The notes under the pieces: generated by a model
The model's database searches: none
Seen by the model: the letters and a program-made list of their open reading frames with translations, nothing else
What the model was told of the DNA's origin: nothing
Made by a program: the position numbers and the translations under genes
Shown: one piece after another, positions 34,524-42,383 of the stretch
Layout of the letters: every line of letters starts with the position of its first letter
How positions within the stretch are numbered: the first letter of the stretch is position 1
NCBI GenBank assembly: GCA_039190745.1
Contig: JBCCXZ010000032.1
Coordinates: 1-42,383 of the forward strand
Source: Planctomycetota bacterium
GTDB taxonomy: Bacteria; Planctomycetota; Planctomycetia; Pirellulales; Lacipirellulaceae
Direction of reading: 5' to 3'
Length of the DNA stretch: 42,383 nt

Positions 34524-35105
34524 TCAGCCGGGTCGGTCCGTCGCGTCGGCTTCTTCGGGCATCAGCACCCGCAGTTGTTCTTTGAGTTGGGCCCGGGCAC
34601 GGAACAACCGGCTCCGCACTGTGCCGACCGGCACATCGAGCACCTCGGCGATCTGTTCGTAGGTAAACTCCTCAAGTTCCCGCAGCACCAAAATCTGCCG
34701 CGGCTGTTCCCCAAGCATCGACAGCGCCCGCTCGAGCACCGCGACGCGCTCTGCGCCGTCGAGCCGCTCGTCGGGGGACGCCAGAGGGTCCACGGGGTCT
34801 GGCGCTCCCCGCGAGCGGATGTCTTCAATCGACGCGGTGTTCTTCCTCTTTCTCAAGGCGCTCAGCGCCAGGTTCATCGCGATCCGATACAGCCAGGTGT
34901 AAAAGCGCGAGTCCCGGCGGAACGAATCGAGTTTCAAGTAAGCCTGCACGAACGCCTCTTGCGAGATGTCCAGCGCGTCGTCGGCCGAATGCATCACGCG
35001 GTACAGCGTGTTGTAAAGGCGGGCCTGATGACGCTCGACCAGCGCACCGTAGGCCTGCTGGTCGCCTGCGGCGGCCGCGGCTACGAGTTGCTCGTCGTCG
35101 TCCAT
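34524..35105 (-). CDS. ECF RNA polymerase sigma factor (module 3, RpoE/SigW-like)
   Basis: DALDISQEAFVQAY, FYTWLYRIAMN and TYEQIAEVLDVPVGTVRSRLFRAR. Confidence 0.94.
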   Translation of the reverse strand: MDDDEQLVAAAAAGDQQAYGALVERHQARLYNTLYRVMHSADDALDISQEAFVQAYLKLDSFRRDSRFYTWLYRIAMNLALSALRKRKNTASIEDIRSRGAPDPVDPLASPDERLDGAERVAVLERALSMLGEQPRQILVLRELEEFTYEQIAEVLDVPVGTVRSRLFRARAQLKEQLRVLMPEEADATDRPG

Positions 35106-35141
35106 CTAGGTGCTTAGCGGTCGTTTGGCTCTGGAAACTGG

Positions 35142-35167
35142 GACGCGGCCCCCGCTGGCGGAGTTCC
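35142..35167 (-). promoter_or_regulatory. Candidate autoregulatory ECF promoter (GGAAC-N17-CGTC)
   Basis: Minus strand GGAAC at 35167-35163, 17-nt spacer, CGTC at 35145-35142, about 36 nt upstream of the sigma ATG. Confidence 0.55.
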
Positions 35168-35262
35168 GCTCCAGCACCCAGAATATCCAAAACCGCCCGT
35201 TTTCCGCCGCCAGACTGTGGCTGATCGGGCCTGCTGCCACGCCCAACCGCCCGGCAACCGCC

Positions 35263-36456
35263 ATGACCGCTACCAGCCGCCCCGAAGACCCGGTGCAGCC
35301 CAACTCGCTCGCCTGGCTCGACGACGAGCTGGCGGCTCTGGAGCAAGCCGGGCTCCGCCGCCGCCTGCCGCCGCCGCTCTCCGCGCAGGGCCCGGTGATC
35401 CAGGCCGAAGGCCAGCGACTCGTGAACTTCGCCTCGAACGACTACCTCGGGCTGGCCGCCGACGCCCGCTTGGCCGAAGCCGCCGCCGCCGCGTGTCGCG
35501 ACTCGGGCGTCGGCCGCGGCGCGAGCCCGCTCGTCTGCGGCCGCGCCGATCTGCACGCCGAGCTCGAACGCCAGCTCGCCAACCTCGAACACGCCGAAGC
35601 GGCGCTGCTGTTCCCTTCCGGCTTCGCCGCGAACTCGGGCACGATCCCCGCGCTCGCCGGCAGCGGCGACGCGGTGTTCTCCGACGAGCTCAACCACGCC
35701 AGCATCGTCGACGGCTGCCGGCTGTCGCGCGCCGACACGCACATCTACCGACACGCAGATGCCGAACACCTCGATCAGTTGCTTGGCGAGTCCAAAGCCC
35801 GCCGCAAGCTGGTCGTCACCGACGCGGTGTTCAGCATCGACGGCGACGCCGCCCCCCTCGCCGAACTCGCCGAGGCCTGCCGCCGCCACGGCGCGATGCT
35901 GATGGTCGACGAGGCCCACGCAACGGGAGTATTTGGCCCCGAGGGCGCCGGCCTCGCGAGCACGCTCACCGATCCCGGCACGGTCGACATCCGCATCGGC
36001 ACGCTCAGCAAGGCGCTCGGCTCGGCCGGCGGGTTTGTGGCGGGCTCGGCGAAACTCATCGAATGGATCGCCAACCGCGCCCGCAGCTACGTCTACTCGA
36101 CCGCCCACCCCGCCGCCTCCGCCGCGGCGGCCCTCGCCGCGCTACGTATCATGTCCGATGAACCGCACCGCCGGACGCGGGTGCTCGAGCAGGCGGGCCG
36201 CCTCCGCCAAATGCTCCAGGCCGACGGATGGGACACGGCCCCATCGACCACGCAGATCATCCCCGTCGTCGTCGGCGACCCCACCGAAACCGTACGCTTG
36301 GCGGCCGGGCTGCGCGAGGCCGGGTTCTGGGTGGGGGCGATCCGCCCGCCGTCGGTCCCGGAAGGCCGCTCGCTGCTGCGGATCGGCGTCACCGCCGCCC
36401 ACTCTGACGCCATGCTGGAAGGCCTTGCCGAGGCGCTCCGCCGCCTGCGGGCCTAG
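35263..36456 (+). CDS. bioF: 8-amino-7-oxononanoate synthase
   Basis: NFASNDYLGL, SGFAAN, DELNHASIVDG, VDEAHATG, GTLSKALG (PLP Lys) and AIRPPSVP. Confidence 0.93.
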   Translation: MTATSRPEDPVQPNSLAWLDDELAALEQAGLRRRLPPPLSAQGPVIQAEGQRLVNFASNDYLGLAADARLAEAAAAACRDSGVGRGASPLVCGRADLHAELERQLANLEHAEAALLFPSGFAANSGTIPALAGSGDAVFSDELNHASIVDGCRLSRADTHIYRHADAEHLDQLLGESKARRKLVVTDAVFSIDGDAAPLAELAEACRRHGAMLMVDEAHATGVFGPEGAGLASTLTDPGTVDIRIGTLSKALGSAGGFVAGSAKLIEWIANRARSYVYSTAHPAASAAAALAALRIMSDEPHRRTRVLEQAGRLRQMLQADGWDTAPSTTQIIPVVVGDPTETVRLAAGLREAGFWVGAIRPPSVPEGRSLLRIGVTAAHSDAMLEGLAEALRRLRA

Positions 36457-36539
36457 CCCTGTAGACCGCCATACAACCCTCGCCGACCGCAGATCCGCGC
36501 CCGCACCCCTTCAGAAGGCGGCCGACGGACGGCAAAAAC

Positions 36540-36568
36540 TTGACGCTCTACTGGGGCGTACTTAGTAT
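36540..36568 (+). promoter_or_regulatory. Candidate sigma70 promoter
   Basis: TTGACG-N17-TAGTAT upstream of 36715. Confidence 0.6.
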
Positions 36569-36714
36569 CGCAGTTGACAAAAGTCCCCCAGAATTCCCGC
36601 TTTAGGTCGGCTCCGTAGCGCCTCGCGACCCCCCGCCGACCGGCCCGATGCGGCCGGCCCGGTCACCCGGCAGCCCGGCTCCCCACGAGCGTAGGAAAAG
36701 GTTAGGAACCCCTC

Positions 36715-37899
36715 TTGGCGATTGTTCTCCAGATCCTGTTCTTCCTCGCGGTGCTCGTGGGCCTCATCACGGCCGGCATGAGCGTTAAGCGTTGGCACTG
36801 GAGCCAGATGCTCCTGCTGCTCGGGGTTGTCCTCGCCGCGACCGGCTACTCGTTCCTGGCGGCCGAGACGCTCCGCATCCACAACAAGCTCCGGCGAAAC
36901 ATCCCTTCACTCGAGCAGAACATCGCCCGCGAGGAGCAACGCCGCGAACGCATCGTCAAAGGCGACGATGAGAAACAAGGCATCGGCTACCTCGAAACGG
37001 CACTGAAGATCCTCACCCGCCAACGCGGCCGCGTCTGGCGGGGGGTCGTCCCTGCCGGGCAGTTGCAGGACGGGCAGATCCCCGTCGGCATCCCTCAGCC
37101 GAGCCCCCACGGCCTGAACGCCAACGCAATCGTCTACCTGTTCGAGATCGGCGAGCCCAACGCACGCGACCCGCAAGCGGGGGCCCGCTACCTGGGCGAG
37201 TTCAGCGTGGTGAACACCAGCCCGGAAGGCGCTCTGCTGGAATCGGTGAAGCTGCTCGACAACCGCACCGGCGAACGCCTCGCCCGCAGCCAAGGCCCTT
37301 GGGCGATCTACGAATCGATGCCGGCGGACAGCCACGACTTGTTCACTGACGAAGAGGGCAACGCCCTGCCCGAGGAAGTGCTCACCGAGTGGCTCCCGCA
37401 GGAGAGCGTCGAGCAGTACCTCCGCCACGGCCAGGCCGCTACGCCGGACGACGACGAGTGGGTCCGCGCCGGATTCGACGAAGACGGCCGCGCCGTTGGC
37501 CCCGAGGAGATCGACCAAGCCGTATCCTTCCGCTACCGCCGCCCCTTGCGCGACTATGCGTTCCTCTTCTCGCAACTGGCCGAAGACCGCGTGGTCGCCC
37601 TGGCCAAGAAGGCCGCCCTTGAGGAAGACATCGCCCTGCTCGAAGAGGCTAACAAGAGCGCCAAGAGCCTCGGCACATTCCGAGAGGGGCAGATCCTCTC
37701 CTACAAGTTCGACCTGAGGAACACCCAGAAGGAGGTCGCCGCGATCCGCGACCACCTGGGCTTGGTCGAGCGGCAGGTTGCCAACGCCCAAGCGTTGATC
37801 GACCGCCTGCTGGCGCTGAACAGCCAGCTCGCCGGGCAACTGGTCGACCAACAGCTTGCCCTGGCGGCGCAGATCGACGCGGTGGCGCCCGCACCGTAG
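36715..37899 (+). CDS. Hypothetical membrane protein with coiled-coil regions
   Basis: Two N-terminal TM segments, a heptad-like C-terminus and coding-type codon bias. TTG start. Confidence 0.82.
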   Translation: MAIVLQILFFLAVLVGLITAGMSVKRWHWSQMLLLLGVVLAATGYSFLAAETLRIHNKLRRNIPSLEQNIAREEQRRERIVKGDDEKQGIGYLETALKILTRQRGRVWRGVVPAGQLQDGQIPVGIPQPSPHGLNANAIVYLFEIGEPNARDPQAGARYLGEFSVVNTSPEGALLESVKLLDNRTGERLARSQGPWAIYESMPADSHDLFTDEEGNALPEEVLTEWLPQESVEQYLRHGQAATPDDDEWVRAGFDEDGRAVGPEEIDQAVSFRYRRPLRDYAFLFSQLAEDRVVALAKKAALEEDIALLEEANKSAKSLGTFREGQILSYKFDLRNTQKEVAAIRDHLGLVERQVANAQALIDRLLALNSQLAGQLVDQQLALAAQIDAVAPAP

Positions 37900-38128
37900 C
37901 GGGTTACCGGCGGAGCGCCCCGACGCTGCTAGCTGTCCCGCCCAGGGCTTGGGCCGTCGGGGCGGTTGGTTCCACTTCCCCCGCCCGCTGGGCCCCGCTA
38001 TCGTCTCCGGCCGCCGCCTGGCTGGGTGCCTCGTTGCCTCGCAACGCTTAGAATGCCGCGCGGCCAGCCCGTGCAAACAGCAAGCAAAAACCTTCCTCGC
38101 CCCGACTAGCCCCGCAAGTAAACGGTCC

Positions 38129-38992
38129 ATGGGACTCTACGACCGCGACTACGCCCAAGACAACCAGCCCGGCGTGCAGCTGCAATTGCCGCAGTCGCTC
38201 ACGATGCAGCTCGTGCTGATCAATGTCGCGGTCTATGTGGCCCAAATGCTGTTCGACGGGCAGGGCGGCCAAGTCACCGGGCTGCTGTGCCTTACCAGCG
38301 ATTGGTTCCAGCGCCCATGGGAAGCGTACCGCCTCCTCAGTTACGGCTTCCTCCACTCGACCAAGGATCTCTTCCACATCCTCATGAACATGTTTGTTCT
38401 GTGGATGTTCGGCCGCGAGGTCGAGGCGCGGTACGGCCGACGGGAGTTCCTCTGGTTCTACCTCAGCGCGATCACCATGGCAGGCTTGTTCTGGAGCCTC
38501 AGCGAGGCGCTCAACGGGACGCAGGCGATACTGGTCGGCGCCTCTGGCGGCACCGTGGCGGTGTTCGTGCTCTTCGCGCTCACCTGGCCGCAACGCAAGA
38601 TGGTGCTCATCTTCCTGCCGTTCTACCCGATCCCGGCTTGGGTGATGGCCGCCACCTACGTTGCCTACGACGCCTACGGCGCGATGTACCGCTCCAGCAA
38701 CGTCGCTTTCACCGCCCACCTGGCCGGAGCCGTCTTCGCGCTCTACTACTACAAATTCAACTTCTCGCCGGGGCGTTGGCTGGCGGACAAATTCTCTGGT
38801 GTCTCGGCGAAACGCGGCCCCAAGCTGCGCGTGCACGCCCCGGAAGCCTCCGCCGAGGACGACGAGTCTGACCAAGTCGACGAGATCCTCCGCAAGATCC
38901 AGCGGGAAGGCCAGGACAGCCTCACCCGCCGCGAGCGGCAAACCCTCGAACGCGCCAGCCGCGACTACCAGCGCCGAAACCGCGGTGACTAG
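38129..38992 (+). CDS. Rhomboid family intramembrane serine protease
   Basis: HILMNM, GASG (catalytic Ser), AHLAG (catalytic His) and a C-terminal VDEILRKIQREGQDSLT tail. Confidence 0.93.
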   Translation: MGLYDRDYAQDNQPGVQLQLPQSLTMQLVLINVAVYVAQMLFDGQGGQVTGLLCLTSDWFQRPWEAYRLLSYGFLHSTKDLFHILMNMFVLWMFGREVEARYGRREFLWFYLSAITMAGLFWSLSEALNGTQAILVGASGGTVAVFVLFALTWPQRKMVLIFLPFYPIPAWVMAATYVAYDAYGAMYRSSNVAFTAHLAGAVFALYYYKFNFSPGRWLADKFSGVSAKRGPKLRVHAPEASAEDDESDQVDEILRKIQREGQDSLTRRERQTLERASRDYQRRNRGD

Positions 38993-39037
38993 CCGGCTGC
39001 CCAGCAGACTCAACCCGAGCGAAAAGGAATTCGCTGC

Positions 39038-40009
39038 ATGGCCACCGCCGGCAAGACGCTCGCCGTGCTGCTCTGCTTCGCGCTGCCCTGGTCGGCATGG
39101 TGGGGCGTGCGTTGGTCGCTAACCGCAGAGCCGGCGCCCACCGCCGGCGAGCTGGCCATGGGCGGCCTGCCCGCGGCCGAAATCCGTTTGGCTGACGGCA
39201 TGGTCCGACTCCCCGGCGGCGAGTTCCGCATGGGCCGCCCCCGCCCCAGCGCCGACCACCAGCGGCCCGTCCACCCTGTTCGGCTGGAATCGTTTTGGCT
39301 CGACGCGACCCCCGTCACCAATCGGCAGTTCGAGTCGTTCGTCGCCGCGACCGCCTTCCAAACCACCGCCGAACGCGAAGGAGCCGCCCTAGTCTACGAC
39401 GACGCCCGCGCGGCCTGGCAGCGCACCCCCGGGGCCCATTGGCGACGGCCCGAAGGCCCGGGCAGCTCGATCGCCGGACGCGAAGACTTTCCCGTCGTTC
39501 AGGTCTCTTGGCACGACGCGGTGGCCTACGCACGGTGGGCCGGCAAACGCCTCCCCACCGAGGCCGAGTACGAGTACGCCGCCCGCAGCGGACTCGACAG
39601 CCGCGCCTTCCCGTGGGGCGACGAGCACCGGCCCGGCGGCCGCAGCCTGGCCAACACCTCGCAGGGCTGGTTCTCGCAGGACGACCCTGCGGGCGACGGT
39701 TACCGAGGCGCTTCGCCGGTAACCGCCTTCCCGCCCTCGCGCTACGGCCTATACGACATCGCCGGCAACGTCCTCTGCTGGTGCCACGACTGGTACGCCG
39801 ACGATTACTACGGCCGCGTCGCTGGCCCCAACCCCGCCGGTCCGCAGGCCGGCCAGCGCCGCGTCCGCCGCGGCGCGAGCTGGATCCACTCCGCCCACCA
39901 GCCCGACGCCTTGCGCGTGGACGCCCGCTCGTCGGCCGACCCCCTGTCGGCGACCAACCACACCGGTTTCCGCTGCGCCCGCGACGAACGGCCCGGCTTC
40001 CGCCGATGA
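39038..40009 (+). CDS. Formylglycine-generating-enzyme family (SUMF1-like) protein
   Basis: PVTNRQF, FPVVQVSWHDAVAYARWAGKRLPTEAEYEYAAR, YGLYDIAGN and HTGFRC. Confidence 0.9.
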   Translation: MATAGKTLAVLLCFALPWSAWWGVRWSLTAEPAPTAGELAMGGLPAAEIRLADGMVRLPGGEFRMGRPRPSADHQRPVHPVRLESFWLDATPVTNRQFESFVAATAFQTTAEREGAALVYDDARAAWQRTPGAHWRRPEGPGSSIAGREDFPVVQVSWHDAVAYARWAGKRLPTEAEYEYAARSGLDSRAFPWGDEHRPGGRSLANTSQGWFSQDDPAGDGYRGASPVTAFPPSRYGLYDIAGNVLCWCHDWYADDYYGRVAGPNPAGPQAGQRRVRRGASWIHSAHQPDALRVDARSSADPLSATNHTGFRCARDERPGFRR

Positions 40010-40132
40010 CCGTCGGGCCGCCGCAGCCGGCGGTGGTTAACCTATGGCGGCAATCGCCGGTAGCGTAGACTGCCGCAGTCTCCGCTCACCGAGAATCACA
40101 CTCCCTCCGAAACAGAAACGAGCCGCGTCACG

Positions 40133-41053
40133 ATGCCCGAAGAAGGCCCCCAGAAATACATCATCACCGGCGCGTCCGGTCTCGTCGGCACGCCGCTGGT
40201 CGCTTCACTCGAAGCCGACGGCCACCAAGTGATCCGCGCCGTCCGCCGCCCCGTGAAGGACGAGGCACGCGAGCTCTACTGGGACCCCAACGGCACCGGA
40301 GAAATCGAGGGCGACAAGTTCGAGGGCGCCCACGCCGTCATCCACCTCGCTGGGGAAAACATCGCCGGCAAGCGGTGGAACGACGCCTTCAAGAAGAAGT
40401 TGCTCGACAGCCGCGTGAAAGGCACTACCCTCATTGCAGAGACCGTCGCCAAGCTCAATCAAAAGCCAAAGGTGTTCGCCTGCGCTTCGGCCATCGGCTA
40501 CTACGGCGAGCGCGGCGTGGAGCAACTCAGCGAAGAAGCCGTCGCCGCGGAAACGTTCCTCGGCGAAATTTGTGTCCAGTGGGAGGCCTGCTGCCAGCCG
40601 GCGCGGGACGCCGGCGTCCGCGTGGCGAACATGCGTATCGGCGTCGTGCTCAGCCCCAAGGGCGGTGCGCTGGCCAAGATGCTGCTGCCCTTCAAGCTTG
40701 GCGGCGGCGGCGTCCTCGGCAGCGGCGAGCAGTACATGAGCTGGATCGACCTGGCCGATCTTGTCAAAGCTATCCGCTTCGTGGTCGACACCCCGTCGCT
40801 GGAGGGCCCGGTGAACATGGTCGCCCCCGAGCCGGTCACCAACAGGGAGTTCACCAAGAAACTGGGCTGGGTGTTGTCGCGGCCCACGATCCTGCCGATG
40901 CCGGGGCTGGCCGCCCGGCTCGCGTTTGGCGAAATGGCCGAGGCGCTGCTGCTGGCGAGCACCCGAGTGGTCCCCAAGCGCCTGGAGGAGGCGGGCTTCC
41001 ACTTCGGCTACCCCGACCTGGAATCCTCGCTCCGCCACCAACTCAGCCAGTAA
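40133..41053 (+). CDS. TIGR01777 family NAD-dependent epimerase/oxidoreductase
   Basis: [39 protein letters not shown] and [15 protein letters not shown]. Confidence 0.93.
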   Translation: MPEEGPQKYIITGASGLVGTPLVASLEADGHQVIRAVRRPVKDEARELYWDPNGTGEIEGDKFEGAHAVIHLAGENIAGKRWNDAFKKKLLDSRVKGTTLIAETVAKLNQKPKVFACASAIGYYGERGVEQLSEEAVAAETFLGEICVQWEACCQPARDAGVRVANMRIGVVLSPKGGALAKMLLPFKLGGGGVLGSGEQYMSWIDLADLVKAIRFVVDTPSLEGPVNMVAPEPVTNREFTKKLGWVLSRPTILPMPGLAARLAFGEMAEALLLASTRVVPKRLEEAGFHFGYPDLESSLRHQLSQ

Positions 41054-41295
41054 CACACCTACGGGCTGGATTTCATCCTGGGCTGGGTTTCCTAGCCGCC
41101 GAGCTAAGCCTCGGCGGCAACCCGCGATGGGGGATTGCCCCCCGTACCGACGCCCCGGGTGAGCCTTCCTGCAACCGGCCCATCCCGGTAAACTGGGGGT
41201 CTTTGCTATCCCCGGCGCCTCCCGCCTGTTTGGGCGCCACCGAGCCCGTCACGCCCCGCGTCCCGCGGACGCCATCCAGAAACCCAAAGGACGTT

Positions 41296-42383
<1,088 letters not shown>

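Overview
A high-GC bacterial chromosomal segment, most likely from a planctomycete (Pirellulales-like). This is inferred from a BBP7-type beta-barrel, a DUF1559-like domain, several ECF sigma/anti-sigma pairs and a HemD-HemE fusion. Content is mostly housekeeping: partial nrdJ, rplU, RNase E/G, an hpf-EIIA-HPr-EI regulatory PTS cluster, ParA, aroB, dprA, lgt, panC, folK, hemD-hemE, bioF, rhomboid, an FGE-family protein, a TIGR01777 protein and partial lpdA. There are also three ECF sigma/anti-sigma modules and several hypothetical proteins. I saw no rRNA, tRNA, CRISPR array, transposase or prophage. The most striking unexplained element is the ~900 bp interval between folK and hemD-hemE, which has no credible ORF. 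On the minus strand it holds a sigma70-like promoter, an early terminator-like hairpin, a chain of G-U-containing helices, a 6S-RNA-like core, an extra 3' multi-branch domain with long-range pairings, and a strong terminator. It may be a much enlarged 6S-like RNA of about 320-560 nt. Other points of interest are an anti-sigma/DUF1559 fusion, an orphan anti-sigma/FecR-like 822-aa protein, Lgt with an inserted PDZ-like domain, FolK fused to a degenerate kinase, phased NrdR boxes, recurring ECF-type promoters and REP-like doublets. All family calls come from motif recognition by eye; no database searches were run.
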